The notes: generated from the sequence alone by a model not told the origin. A stretch of 64,000 nt of DNA from Octopus sinensis (GCF_006345805.1 NC_042997.1:195362001-195426000), one strand, 5' to 3'. Shown: positions 11,432-25,574, counted from the stretch's first letter. Translations and numbers: made by a program.

Positions 11432-12588
11432 TTTATTTCTTTATTGCCCACTGGGGGCTAAATACAGAGAGGACAAACAAGGACAAGCAAAGGGACTAAG
11501 TCGATTACATCGACTCCAGTGCGTAACTAGTACTTATTTAATCAACCCCGAAAGGATGAAAGGCTAAGTCGACCTCGGTGGTATTTGAACGTAGCGGCAG
11601 ACGAAATACCGCTAAGCATTTCGTCCGGCGTGCTAACGATTCTGCCAGTTCGCTGCCTTAGCGTAATAATAATCTTTTCTACTCTAGGCATAAGGCCCGA
11701 AATTTTTGTTGTAGGGGGCCAGTCGATTACTTAATTTATCGATCCCGAAAGGATGAAAGGTAGAGTGAACCTCGGCGGAATTTGAACTCAGAACGTAAAG
11801 ACAGACGAAATACCTATTTCTTTATTACCCACAAGGGGCTAAACACAGAGGGGACAAACAAGGACAGACAAACGGATTAAGTCGATTGTATCGACCCCAG
11901 TGCGAAAGTGGTACTTATTTAATCGACCCCGAAAGGATGAAAGGCAAAGTCGACCTCGGCGGAATTTGAACTCAGAACGTAGCGTCAGACGAAATACCTA
12001 TTTCTTTACTACCCACAAGGGGCTAAACACAGAGGGGACAAACAAGGACAGACAAACGGATTAAGTCGATTGTATCGACCCCAGTGCGAAAGTGGTACTT
12101 TATTTATCGACCCCGAAAGGATGAAAGGCAAAGTCGACCTCGGCGGAATTTGAACTCAGAACGTAACGACAGACGAAATACGGCTACGCATTTCGCCCGG
12201 CGTGCTAACGTTTCTGCCAGCTCGCCGCCTTAACGTAATAATAATCTTTTCTACTCTAGGCACAAGGCCCGAAATTTTTGGGGGAGGGGGCTAGTCGATT
12301 AGATCGACCCTAGTACGCAACTGGTACTTAATTTATCGACTGCGAAAGGATGAAAGGCAAAGTTGACCGCGTGCTAACGTTTCTTATTTCTTTACTGCCC
12401 ACAAGGGGCTAGACACAGAAGGGGCAAACAAGGACAGACCAGTGCGTAACTGGTACTTAATTTATCGACCCCAAAAGGATGAAAGGCAAAGTCAACCTCG
12501 GCGGAATTTGAACTCAGAACGTAACGGCAGACGAAATACGGCTACGCATTTCGCCCGGCGTGCTAACGTTTCTGCCAGCTCGCCGCCT
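11432..12588 (-). mobile_element. Cluster of SINE family A monomers and multimers
   Basis: Heads near 11660, 12230 and 12588; repeated gacgaaatacctatttctttac body junctions. Confidence 0.85.
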
Positions 12589-12946
12589 TTGGTTAGTCGC
12601 ATACATTAAATAAATATGATTCGACTGAACTACAAAACCAACCAGAAGAATTTGATTGAAATAGCTCTTTCCTTTTTCAGATATTGCCTTCAATTTTATG
12701 TAAATATTGAAAAATTAAAAAAGAAAAAAAAAACGACGAAAAATGAAAGTAGACGACAGAACAATTGAATGCACGCCATTGTTATTTAGATTTAATATTT
12801 GCCCATTTTCACAACTCATATGTTGCTGTCATTGTTATTGTCATGGAAGATATGTGACTGATGTATTTAAACAACAAAACTGTCACCATACAGCAGTTTA
12901 ATGAATATATACATATACATATACATACATACATACATACACACAT

Positions 12947-12980
<34 letters not shown>

Positions 12981-13329
12981 GAATACATGAAGAATTGACG
13001 TCATGTGTTCAAGTAAAGTTGTTTTGTTCTAAATTGTAAAACAATGAAAAAAACCCGTTGTTTTATACGTCAATCTGTGTGTTTGTGTGTGAACAGATGT
13101 ATAATTTTAGTCTGATCTGCCACATGTTACATTTACTAATGTAATACAACCCTAGATATTTATTTTGCTTTTGTACTTAATTACTGTGTAAAAAAATTGG
13201 AATCTCATTGTATTATTTTGCTATTGGCTTTATGTGACAACTGGTGTATGTTAGGAGTACAATTCTAAAAGTACAATGCAGTTTCGAATCTTACCTGCAG
13301 ACGTTTCATTTCTCTTCGTGATTAATATC

Positions 13330-14360
13330 TTTGAGAAAAGCATACTCGCGATTCCATCTTCACTGGGCTGGTCGATTACACTGAACTCTCAGCTGATACT
13401 TATTTTATTGACCCCGGAAGGATTAAATCGACCTCGGCAGAATTTGAACTCAGAAAGTCAAAGAGCCAGAAAAATGCCGTTAAGTATTTTGTCCGGCGTG
13501 CTAACGATTCGCTGCCTTCTTCATAGAGATTATTCTTATTTACTCTAGGCACAAGCCCCGAAATTCGGTGGGAGGAGGCCAGTCGATTAGATCGATCGCA
13601 GTATGCAACTGGTACTGAATTTTGCGATCCAGAAAGGATGAAAGGCAAAGTTGACCTTGGCAGAATTTGAACTCAGAACATAAAGACGGACGAAATACCA
13701 CTAAGCATTTCGCCCGCCGAGCTAACGTTTCTACCAGCTCGCCGCCTTTAATAATCTTTTCTACTCTAGGCTCAAGGCCCGAAATTTTTGGGGAGGGGAC
13801 CAGTCAATTAGATCAACCCTAGTACGCAACTGGTACTTAATTTATCAACCCCGAAAGGATGAAAGGCAAAGTCGATCTTTTCATCTAATTATCGGCTCCA
13901 AATTTTGACACAAGGCCAGTAATTTCGGTCGAGGGGTAAGTCAATTACATCGACCTCAGTGTTAAACTGGTACTTGCTTTATCGACCCGAAGGGATGAAA
14001 GGCAAAGTCAATTTCCATGGTATTTGAACTCAGAACGGAATGTCGGAACAAATGTTGTTAAATCATTTTCCCGGCGCAGTAATGATTCTGCCAGCTCTCT
14101 GTTATCATGAGGCCACTCATTTCTCATCTTATATCTTTATTGCCCACAAGGGGCTACACACAGAGGGGACGAATAAGGACAGACAAACGGCTTAAGTCGA
14201 TTATATCGACCCCAGTGCGTAACTGGTACTTATTTAATCGACCCTGAAAAGATGAAAGGCAAAGTCGACCTCGGCGGAATTTGAACTCAGAACGTAGCGC
14301 AGACGAAGTACCGCTAAGCATTTCGCCCGGCGTGCTAACGCTTCTGCCAGCCCAACGCCT
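13330..14360 (-). mobile_element. Cluster of diverged SINE family A copies
   Basis: About five partial or complete copies of the atcgaccccgaaaggatgaaaggcaaagtcgacc motif. Confidence 0.75.
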
Positions 14361-14597
14361 TAGCCCATCTTATACTACAAACCTTACCCTCTTACAATCC
14401 TTACTAATTAAGCCATCTAATATGACGAATGAGCTAACTGAGCGTACATTTGTCAGTTTTTCACGGACTATTATTGACAATAATTTGCTTCACATTTTCC
14501 CAACCGTTAAATAGGTAACCTCGATATGTCATTCCTAAATCTTCATACGACTAATGCCCTTAATCTCCGAACACTAAATAGTTCAGCTAGCTTACGA

Positions 14598-14720
14598 TCC
14601 ACATGGTTCTGGGTTCAGTCCCACTGCGTGGCACCTTGGGCAAGTGTCGTCTACTATAGCCTCGGGCCGACCAAAGCTTTGTGAGTGGATTTGGTAGACG
14701 GAAACTGAAAGAAGCCCGTC

Positions 14721-14768
<48 letters not shown>

Positions 14769-15123
14769 TGTGTGTGTGTGAGTGTGTGGTGTGTGTTGTG
14801 TGTGTGTGTGTTGTGTGTGTGTGTGTTGTGTGTGTGTGTGTGTGTGTGTGTGTGAGTTGTGTGTGTGTGTGTGTGTGTGAGTGTGTGTGAGTGTGTCTGT
14901 GTGTGTGTGTGTGTGTCTTGAGTCTGTTTGTCCCCCAACATCGCTTGACAACCGATGCTGGTGTGCTTACGCCCCCGTAACTTAGCGGTTTGGCAAAAGA
15001 GACCGATAGAATAAGTACTAGGTTTACAAAGAATAAGTCCTGGGGGTCGATTTGCTCGACTAAAGGCGGTGCTCCAGTATGGCCACAGTCAAATGACTGA
15101 AACAAGTAAAAGAGTAAAAGAGA
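14598..15123 (+). mobile_element. SINE family B, slightly 5'-truncated
   Basis: Similarity to 7486-7895, with an expanded TG microsatellite. Confidence 0.85.
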
Positions 15124-16176
15124 GTTGCACGGTAGCTGTTACGGGGCAGACAACACTTTCTATAACATCTGGAGGAAGTAACTCACCGTTACCAACTGGG
15201 AAGTGTTTATGTATTCAACTGCAACACCTACTACATGAACACCGGGAAAAGCAAATAATGCCTCTTTATATCGCGGGATTCATTTAACACAGCCAGCTGT
15301 TTTCGACAAATGTCATGTGGACCTATCTTTCTCGAGATATTTTTATAAAAAGATTTCAACCCAACAGTGTAAATTAACGAAATACTTTTCAATTAATTCT
15401 ACGGCGTTACCGTTGCGTGTAGCTCCGAGATGAAAATGATATTGCGGTACCATACCCGTCACTTGCAAGCTAGTATGACCTGGTTGCAGTGGTGGCTCGT
15501 AGGTAAAATTAGTTGGGGTGTTGCTTCAGAAAAGTTTTAGCCGTTGTTTTAATATTGAGTAAAAGGAAACAAACTTAACTAGTGGATCTTGCAGGCATGG
15601 CGTGGATTCGATCCTAGATAGCCAAATCTAAATTAACAGTTCAACAGCACTTTTCTCACGGTAAAACAATAGTTTTTCTGTGACAGTAGTTACATTTGCC
15701 AGATGCCTTAGCTAAGCAAAATAATGTCTTCACCACTTGACCTTAATAACCTCTTCTATTTCACCAATAGCTAGAATAAAGATATCACAGACCTCCAACT
15801 AAATCTATTGTTCTCAACGATATGTTTATCCTTCTGGATAGTTATAAAGACAAGAACCCCCAAGCAAAAGCGAGTTAGTGAGAACCCGAGTTAGAGAGAG
15901 CAACCATCAGTTAGTGAACGGGCAACTAGTCTTGGCCACAAGCAGGCATATACAAAAGACAAATGGTCAGAGGGAGAAAGTTATATTCAGCCAACTATGA
16001 GACACAACTTACCTCGACTCTATAACTTTCACTTGCTCAATTTCTTTTCTTTTACAACATCATTCTATCTCTATCTGTGAATTAATACTACGAGAACCTG
16101 AACACACATACTGGCCAAAATCAACTTGTTTTTACCTCGCATGTTTTCCATTTACTACTTATACATACCAACCCGT

Positions 16177-16410
16177 AAGGCGGCGAGCTGGCAGAAACGT
16201 TAGCACGCTGGGTGAAATGCGTAGCCGTATTTCGTCTGTCGTTACGTTCTGAGTTCAAATTCCGTCGAGGTCGACTTTGCCTTTCATCCTTTCGGGGGTC
16301 GATAAATAAAGTACCACTTTCGCACTGGGGTCGATGTAATCGACTTAATTCTTTTGTTTGTCCTTGTTTGTCCCCTCTATGTTTAGTCCCTTGTGGGCAG
16401 TAAAGAAATA
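16177..16410 (+). mobile_element. SINE family A monomer with 17-bp TSD
   Basis: TSD tatacataccaacccgt at 16160-16176 and 16411-16427. Confidence 0.9.
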
Positions 16411-16929
16411 TATACATACCAACCCGTCGTGGTTTTTGATATATACAATGTAACGGTAAATAAATATTTTCTTTACAACTTCAATCACTGTTCTTTCATC
16501 TTTACATAATGGCAATCAGCTAACAACAAGCCATTACAAATGATGATCATCGACTTCAACGAAGAACTAACCGTTACAAACTGGTGACGACTCCGACGTT
16601 CCATATTATTGTTTACAAATTAATCTCAACCTTTATTAAACTAATTTTCAACCGTTACAAAATAAATTTCTACTGTTACAAATTGGTGACCCTGACGTGA
16701 TTCTAACACGCAGCTTTCTGATATAAACTTGATCGGTTCGCGTTTTAGCCACTGCCGGGTAATGTGTTTAATTTGTTCACTGAACACTGCCGCGAATTCC
16801 CCTTGTTTTTCAAAAATTCCTCCTAAATCATAAAATAAGGGGGAAAATCCGACCTATTTTTCATATCCTGGAAGCAATACTGTAGCTTGGTGCAGGATAA
16901 TAATCTAATTCTACACTTTATCACATTCA

Positions 16930-17325
16930 AGAATATAAACACGTTTTTAAGCACAACACGCGGAGTCAAAAAGAAACACTACCTTTCACCAGCACACCAG
17001 GGTCGGCACTGCACGAACCATAGTGCCCTCTCTCCCTAGCGTGTAACTTCCTATCTTGGACAAGTGAGCATGCGCACAACAGCCAAACACCGCATCACTG
17101 GGACTGTGAAGCGCACAGTTCTATACAAGGATTTTTGTATTTTTTTCATAAACTAGGGATGGCTACTGACATTAAGCTCAAAGATTATATAATGTACAAG
17201 TATAAAGAAAGAATTAAAGAAAAAAGGACTCATTATATTGAATGTTATTGATGATATCGAGGGGAAATAGGGGGTGCTGCAGTTCTGCAGTGCCTATACA
17301 CGAGCCGTCACTGCCTGGTTGTATA
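16930..17325 (+). repeat. Unclassified interspersed repeat
   Basis: Inverted second copy at about 49826-50491, where it is interrupted by a family C SINE. Confidence 0.7.
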
Positions 17326-17399
17326 TTATGCTTTTCTTAATTGTTTTCGGCACTTTCGAAGTTACGAACAGACGTAGAGACTTTTTGGATCTTTTATCT

Positions 17400-17835
17400 T
17401 TTACTTGTTTCACTCATTAGACTGCGGCCATGATGGGGCACCGCCTTGAATTTTTAGTCGAATGAATCGACCCCAAGAATTATTTTTTAAGCCTGGTACT
17501 TATTCTAACGGACTCTTTTGCCGAACCGCTAACTTACGGGGATGTAAATATACCAATACTGGTCTTCAAGCGGTGATGGTGGGGACAAACACAGACAGAA
17601 AAACATGCACATACAAACATACATACATACATACATACATACATACATTCATGTGTGTGTATGTGTGTATGTATGCAACGGTCTTCTTTCAGTTTCCGTC
17701 TACAAAATCCACTCACAAAACTCTGGTCAGCCCGAGGCTATAGTAGAAAACATTTGCCCAAGACGTCACGCCGTGGGACTGAACCCGTAACTATGTGGTT
17801 GAGAAGCAAGCTTTTTACCACGCAGCCACGCCTGC
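17400..17835 (-). mobile_element. SINE family B
   Basis: Reverse-complement match to 7486-7895. Confidence 0.85.
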
Positions 17836-18091
17836 GATTAAAGAGGAGTTCCCTGAACCAAGAGTAATTTACTGCAACTGCTTCCATATTCAATTGTTAA
17901 GGAAACCCCTCCAGTCCATTCCGATACAGAAAGGAACAAATCTGTCGTTTCTGACAAGGGTTCCTTTAATTAAGTCGCGCTATCCCTGGCTGTGATAGAG
18001 TAATACATGTAGGAAAAGCCTGTGACTTTGCAATTTGCCCTGAGGGTCATTCAGATTTTGTCGATTCTTTTGTTATCTAGACGATGATTGT

Positions 18092-18415
18092 GAAGGCGCG
18101 TGGCTTAGTGGTTAGGGACATTTGGCTCACAATCATAAGGTCGTGAGTTCAATTCCTGGTGACACGTTGTTTCCTTGTGCAAGACACTTTATTTCACATT
18201 GTTCCAGTTCACTCAGCTGGTAAAAATGAGTAGTACCTGTATTTCAAAGGGCCGGTGCTGTCACATTCTGTATCACGCTGAATCTCCTCCAGAACTACAT
18301 TAAGGGGACACGTGTCTGTGGAGTGCTCAGCCACTTGCGCGTTAATTTCACGAGCAGGATCTTCCGTTGATCGGATCAGTTGGAGCCCTTGTCGTCGTAA
18401 GCGACGAAATTCCAG
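18092..18415 (+). mobile_element. SINE family C, CORE-like body, tail type 2
   Basis: gaaggcgcgtggcttagtggttagg head; caagacactttatttcac...cactcagctgg core; gtcgtcgtaagcgacg end. Confidence 0.8.
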
Positions 18416-20154
18416 TGACAGGCAATGATCGCCAAAAGAAGATGGAGTTAGTTCAGTGCACGCTACATCCAGGCAGAAGAGGGTTTTGATTGAAAAAAAA
18501 AAAAAAGAAACGAAAAAAACAACAACAACAACAACAAAAAACAAAACAAAAATAAAATAAAAGCCCCAGCATGGCCGCAGTCTAATGACTGAAACAAGTA
18601 AAAGATAAAAGATCCAAAAAGTCTCTACGTCTGCTCGTAACTACGAAGGTGCCGAAAATAATTAAGAAAAGCATAATATACAACCAGGCCACACAGGCAT
18701 ATATACAAAGGCACGCCCGAGGCACGCACACAGAGGCGCGCATTGAGGCACACACACAGAGGCGCGCATTGAGGCACACACTCATGCTCGATACGATATG
18801 CTTCCTTATAGTTTCTGCCTACCAAATTTGACAAGGAATTAGTCACTCCGCTATTGCAATAGCAAATGATGCTTGTCCAAACGTGTCGCGCAATGCGATC
18901 CTACCCGGAACCACATGGTGGTACAGAGCGAACTTCCTATCTTATACAACCAAGCCTGCATCCATATCATATATATGAAGCCATAAGAAAAAACTGCCGA
19001 CATTTTCTCTCGTTTAGTTTTCCGACAAACCAGCTGACATATCAAAACAGTATTTTGTTAAGATTTCCTAATTACTTCCCTGCAGATTTTTCCAGAAGAA
19101 ATCAACTGAAGCAAATAATGAAAGCATTTATTTTAGCTGACACTATTTTCATTCTTATTAATGCCGCCTGTTTTCCACCAACGGTTAAATGAAAAACAGC
19201 GAGAAAAGTAAAGCGAGCGAAGCAGCGTGTGAGCCTTCAAGTGGTCATTTTATATACTAGAAATAGCAGTCAAATTTTCCACAAGGCACAGTATTTTAAA
19301 AAGAAAAAAAAAAGGGGGGATACTTTGGATAGATAATGCAGTCCTTGATACACTGACTGAATAAAGGTCAACTGGATCAAAACTGACCTGGGTTAAACAG
19401 CAGTATGGCGACTACGACGACATCAGCAAATCAACAAAGGGGCTTTTTTTGAAGATTTCCATCCTGCAAGTAATAGCAGTCAAATGACATCCCCACCAGC
19501 GCCTTAACAAACGAAAGACATTGGATCAGGAAGTTAGAGATTATATCTGAAGGAAGAAAATGGAATGAACACAACTAGAACGCCTTTGATCAGAAGTCTG
19601 CTGGCTCAGTACTAACCTGGGGCTAAATGACATCAACAAAAACGAGGGAGCCCCCATGTGGTTTCTCATTCTACCAGAAATAGCAGACCATTCACATTCT
19701 GCTACTTTAACGAAAGAAGGAAATATTGCATAAAGTAGTCTTAGAAATATTTGGTTGGGATAAAAGATGGAAAAGTCACAACTGGAACGCTTATGATTTT
19801 AAGTCGTGTGGAACAGGGTGGAATTTGTACTAAACAACAGCAAAGCCAACAGCTACAGCAAAGAACATATTTATTGTAAACTGTAAATTCTGAGGTAACC
19901 CAACCAAATTATATTTATATTTTTTCATCCAAAATGGAGACGAACACAATTTTTTCATGTGATCGGCTTGAAAATCTGTTAAGATATTAAGATGATTGTC
20001 TTAACATGAAACCAATGGTAGCTTTAATACACAAATAAAGAAATTTTATCCACCAATGCAGCATTGATCACCCATTCTCGTCATCTGAAATTTACGCATA
20101 CATACATACATACATACATACATACATACATACATACATACATACATACATACA

Positions 20155-20185
<31 letters not shown>

Positions 20186-20226
20186 GTGTGTGCATAAATT
20201 AAAACTGAGAACAAATTTAAATAATA

Positions 20227-20335
20227 CTAGCAGTATCGCCCGGTGTTGTTCGGGTTTGTTTCGATCCTTTAGAATTGGAATTTTTGAAAAGTAAAACCTG
20301 CCATACACAGACAACTTCAGCTTTGTATATATAGA
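20227..20335 (-). mobile_element. 109-bp internally deleted Helitron H1
   Basis: Keeps both H1 termini (CTAG + hairpin; TC...aagctgaagttgtc) with the interior lost. Confidence 0.8.
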
Positions 20336-20679
20336 TTAATATCTGAAGACTATTTCTTTATAATGCAACACTAATGAAGTCATTTCGTGGTTTCAAAGTA
20401 TATCAGGGTAGAGGCAGACCAAGCTTCATCCAAATCGATGTACTGAACTATTATCAACACCGAGAGAGCGTTTTTGCATCTGGTTTGGAAGATTCTTTAT
20501 TGACACAACAAAATCGAGAGAGCAGAGTTCCAGTTTCGATTCCCCTGGTGCGGCATTTCGGATGTCTTCTTTCAAATATATTAGAAAGTAAGCTTGCACT
20601 GGTCAGAATGTTACCGTTAGTTTCGTACCGACTATTGGACTTGACAATGCTAGTTTCAAATTTTGGTACGAAATCTGCA

Positions 20680-21930
20680 ATTTCGGGGAAGGGGATAAGT
20701 CAGTTACATCCACCCCAGTACTCAACTTATAGTATCAACCCCGTGAGTAAGAAAAGCAAAGTCGACCTCGGTGGAATTTGAACTCAAAATGTAAAGACGG
20801 ACGAAATGTTGCTAAGCATTTCGCCCGGTATGCTAACGTTTCTGCCAGCTCGCCGCCTTAAAACATATTGAAGATATTCTCTTCTACTCTAGGCACAAGG
20901 CCTGAAATTTTGGGGGAGGGAGCCAGTCGATTAGATCGGCCACAGTGCGCAATTGGTACTTAATTTATCGACCCCGAAAAGATGAAAAGCAAAGTCGACC
21001 TCGGCAGAATTTGAACTCAGAACGTAAAGACAGACGAAATACCTATTTCTTTACTACCCACACGGGGCTAAACCTAGAGGGGACAAACAAGGACAGACAA
21101 ACGGATTAAGTCGATTATATCGACCCCAGTGCATAACTGGTACTTACTTTATCGACCCCGAAAGGATGAAAGGCAAAGTCGACCTCGGCGGAATTTGAAC
21201 TCTGAACGTAAAGACAGACGAAATATCGCTAAGCATTTCGCCTGTCGTGCTAACAACTCTGCTAATTCACCGTCTTTAGACTTGAGAGTATTAATCATTC
21301 TTCAAAGGCGGCGAGCTGGCAGAAATGTTAGCACGTCGGGCGAAATGCTTAGCGGTATTTCGTCTGCCGCTACGTTCTGAGTTCAAATTCTGCCGAGGTC
21401 GACTTTGCCTTTCATCCTTTCGGGGTCGATTAAATAAGTACCATTTACGCATTGGGGTCGATATAATCGACTTAATCCGTGTGTCTGTCATTGTTTGTCT
21501 TCTCTGTGTTTAGCCCCTTGTGGGTAGTAAAGAAATAGGTATTTCGTCTGCCGCTACGTTCTGAGTTCAAATTCCGCCGAGTTCGACATTGCCTTTCATT
21601 CTTTCGGGGTCGATTAAATAAGTGCCATTTATGCATTGGGGTCGATCTATTCGACTTAATCCGTTTGTCTGTCCTTGTTTGTCCCCTAGAGCCCCTTGTG
21701 CCACTTGTGGGCAGTAAAGAAATAAGAAACGTTAGCACGCCGGGCGAAATGCTTAGCGGTATTTCGTCTGTTATTGCGTTCTGAGTTCAAATTCCTCCGA
21801 GGTCTACTTTGCCTTTCATCCCTTCGGGGTTGATAAATTAAGTACCAGTTGCGTACTGGGATCGATCTAATCGACTGGCCCCCTCCCCCAAAATTTCGAG
21901 CCTTGTGCCTAGAGTAGAAAAGAATATTAA
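20680..21930. mobile_element. Two back-to-back SINE family A clusters (minus 20680-21255, plus 21305-21930)
   Basis: Repeated family A bodies in opposite orientations. Confidence 0.8.
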
Positions 21931-22613
21931 CCATTTTTCAGACATGGTAGTCGGAAACGCATAACCTCATTTATATATTGACACTAGTTGACATAGTTTT
22001 GGGATAATAACGTTTGAGATAATAAGAATGAACGAAAAATGTTTTTATTTTTGCATTCTTTTTTCTTTTGAAATGTTGCACAGTCAAATACATAAACGAA
22101 GAATTTGAGAAGAGCTCTCTGTAGAGCCAAACAAACGAATATTCGAGTCTGTTTGAAACAGCGTTATCTAAAAAGAAGCTCTTCGTTTTTTGGAATGTCA
22201 TGCTTCAGCATTGTATTTCATTCACTGCTAATAAATCTGTCAGTTTCTTGCCCGCAAACACACTCAAGGTCTTACAGTTTTCTTCGTTTCACGTAATAAA
22301 CTATGACAAAATATTATATACCATAAAGTGATATAATACAATTCGAAGTACAAGACGTTCGCCCTTATTTCTGACTGTAAACGGCCATTGTTTGTTAGTC
22401 AAATATGGGACCTGGATACGTGTCAGAGTAATTCTACAGCACAAAAGATCTTGGTTTCATCTTTACCAAGTGTCACCCTTTTTGAATGAACTGCCCCGGT
22501 TAAAACCCGTTAGAAAAAAATAATGCTTCCTAATTTTGTCTTGTCAGAAACTTTTGAGGAAGGAGTGGGCAAGTCGATTACATCGACTCCAGTACTTGAC
22601 TGGTACTATTTTA

Positions 22614-23097
22614 TCTCTATATTCATAAACGGCAAAATGTCTGTGTGTCTGTGTGCCCTTTATACAAATCCAGTTTTTCACGTAAAAGGCTCGCATTTTC
22701 TATGGGCTTTCAAAACTGTCTGAGGGTGGTCGTGAAGATCTTTTCATTTCCCCAGTCACCCCAGAAAGCCATTAAAAAAATCGATAAACCGACCCCTTAT
22801 GCCCATAAGTTATTTTGCGGCCAAATTTGAGTTTTCCGCTTTCTTCTGCCTCCATTTTTGTCCGACTAATGGAATATGCACAATCCCGCTAATTTTCCAT
22901 GATTATGCCGTTCCAGGTGTGAAAACCGAAGTCCAATGAATATTAATTACTCTCATAAAAATCTCCAACTAGCTCATAAACAACAAAACTGGCCCTAAGA
23001 AACTTAGTTTTTGATTTAGTGAGAAATTTTTACCGCGACCCGGCAATGAACAATAAGGACTAGCATTAGACCCGGCAACGCCGGGTCATAGTGCTAG
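22614..23097 (+). mobile_element. Non-autonomous Helitron, family H3, inserted in an old family A SINE
   Basis: A|TC start; cccggcaacgccggg hairpin; CTAG|T; SINE sequence resumes on both sides. Confidence 0.75.
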
Positions 23098-24199
23098 TAG
23101 ACTCTAAAAAGATGAAAGGCAAAGTTGATCTCGGCGGGATTTGAGCTCAGAAAGGTAAAGAGCCGGAAGAAATGCCGAAAAGTATTTTGTTTGAGGCGTT
23201 AACCATTTTATCTCACTGCCTTATTTAGAATAAATAATGATATCTTACTCTGGGTCAGACATGGTAGTGTGGTGAAGATGTTCGCTTCGTATCATTTTAA
23301 TTTGCAGCGGGATCAAATCTGGAAACAAGGTTCCAGGTTCGATTTCTCTGCGCGGCACCTTGGATGTCTTCTCCCAATTTTTCTCGCTGGCCAGTACCTT
23401 GTGATGGAATTTATCAAACTAAAACTGCACGGAAACCCATTGTATGCGCGCCGTGCGTGTATGTGTCCATCTTTTGCCGATGAATACGTGGAAAGGGTGT
23501 AAAGACCAGCGAGAAATTTTAAAGCCAGTGTCATCGAACGACGTACCCTGCGAAATGAATTCCGTACCCATTTGTCGACACTTCCTTGTCACACTTGCTA
23601 TCAGAAATGAAGAGAACCTGTGAGTGAAATCCTGTAGCCAACGATCGATGGGGGAAGCAGAATGTTGCTTGGGCACAGGCCTAGGCTTAACCAGCTTAGA
23701 ACAGGCTGCTTGGTTGAGAGTGTCTGTTGTAAGACCTAAAATATAGTGATCCCAGGATACAACACCGAATATTCATCAAAATATTACATTTGTAGATGTA
23801 TGCTGAACGAATGTGGTAAACATCAAAACGGTAGTTAAAAGAATTATGTGTCATGGGGGAGGAAAATGAAAAAGATAGTCAATATTTGTTAATGACTAAT
23901 ATTTTGGTCCCTTTAACAGTACTGGACAAGACTCCAGAATGTTTCAGCTTTATTATTCCCCCACAGTGAAGTATATACTCCAACATAGTGGCCAATATTT
24001 TTGTTCAGAAGATCACCAGTACCAACAAAAGGCATTCAAGGATGTACGCTTGTTGGTGTAGGAAAGTGGACGTCCACATCTAAAATCAAAAGTTAATTTC
24101 AACATATTGAAACCGAGACCCAGTTTGGCCAAGTGCATAAGAGGTTTACTTCACTGTCTTGTCATGTGAGTCAGGATTCCATCCTACGGCTCAATATCT

Positions 24200-24432
24200 G
24201 TTTCTTTACTACCCAGAAGGGTCTAAACACAGAGAGGACAAACAAGGACAGATAAACGGATTAAATCGATTATATCGACCCCTGTGCGTAACTGGTACTT
24301 ATTTAATCGACCCCAAAAGGATGAAAGGCAAAGTCGACCTCGGCGGAATTTGAACTCAGAACGTAACGGTAGACGAAATACCGCTAAGAATTTCACCCGG
24401 CATGCTAACGATTCTGCCAGCTCGCCGCCTTC
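24200..24432 (-). mobile_element. SINE family A monomer
   Basis: Full head, body and tail on the minus strand. Confidence 0.85.
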
Positions 24433-24732
24433 TTACGGCTCAATACCTTCGACAAGTTTCTTCTATGATAGATTCTTGCCTGCCAGAGTCTGGTACACGA
24501 AAACTGTTGCATGTATATAAATAAGCAATCAAAATCGAAAGACAAATGAATTAATATTGATTACTCAGTGTTATGAAATTGATGGATTATTGTAAGATTT
24601 GGATTATCTGCTCTGTTTAAAAGCTTCTGCACTGATTAGATTTGTCACACCAATTATCAATAACTTACCTAGGCTAGGGGTGTGTATGGTAATTAAGTAT
24701 TATGCGTGTGTACACATGTGCATATACATACA

Positions 24733-24817
<85 letters not shown>

Positions 24818-24844
24818 ACATGTATATTTATATATATATGTGCA

Positions 24845-24876
<32 letters not shown>

Positions 24877-25215
24877 CATACACATTCTTTTCTTTTATTT
24901 GGAGCACCGCCTTTAGTGCTACAAATCGACACTAGAACTTATTCGTTGTAAACCTAGTACTTTTCTATCGGTCTCTTTTGCTGAACCGCTAGGTTACGGG
25001 GATGTAAACACCCCAGCATCGGTTATTAAGTGATGTTGATCGTGGTGGACTAACACAGATATATAAACATATACATAGATACATACCTATTATACATACA
25101 TACATACATATTATACATACATACATATTATACATACATATTATACATACATACATACATACATACATACATACATACATACATACATACATACATACAT
25201 ACGTATATATATTTG

Positions 25216-25574
25216 AATTAAATAGAAAATGGAGAAATCTCGATCAACAACAATTGACTATCATCGATTAATATTTTTTAATACAAAACTTTATCCCATC
25301 TAACAGCCGTTTCTGCTTCCAATGTTCCACAGTTTTGCCAAAAAAAAAATCTGAGAATAATATTCGTCATATTTTTATAACACATCCGATCTGGAACATG
25401 GAGCTTCATCAGAGTGAAGAAAAATACATAAAATAAAATAAAAGAAAGAAGAGCCTCGAGAGTAGTGAAGGCTTAATGTATTTGAATCAGGCGGGTTAAA
25501 GGTTTGTATTAATAAATAATAATCGATGGTAGTCAATTGTTGTTGATCATGATTTCTCCATTTTCTGCTTAATT
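25216..25574 (-). mobile_element. Short Penelope-like remnant with ~74-bp inverted ends
   Basis: 25216-25289 versus 25501-25574 inverted with about 9 mismatches; hammerhead inside. Confidence 0.7.
25296..25416 (-). ncRNA. Type I hammerhead-like motif with long stem II
   Basis: cact-CTGATGA-a-gctccatgttcca...tggaacattggaagc-a-GAAAC-ggct-GTT-agatg; stem II pairs about 13 bp; stem I short and bulged. Confidence 0.6.

Noticed and set aside
12681-12780. Acceptor ctttcctttttcag and a possible terminal exon
   Set aside because: Short A-rich frames, no upstream partner exon identifiable
15181-15225. Minus-strand micro-exon ending at GTGAGT
   Set aside because: Isolated splice motif, weak acceptor, no recognisable peptide
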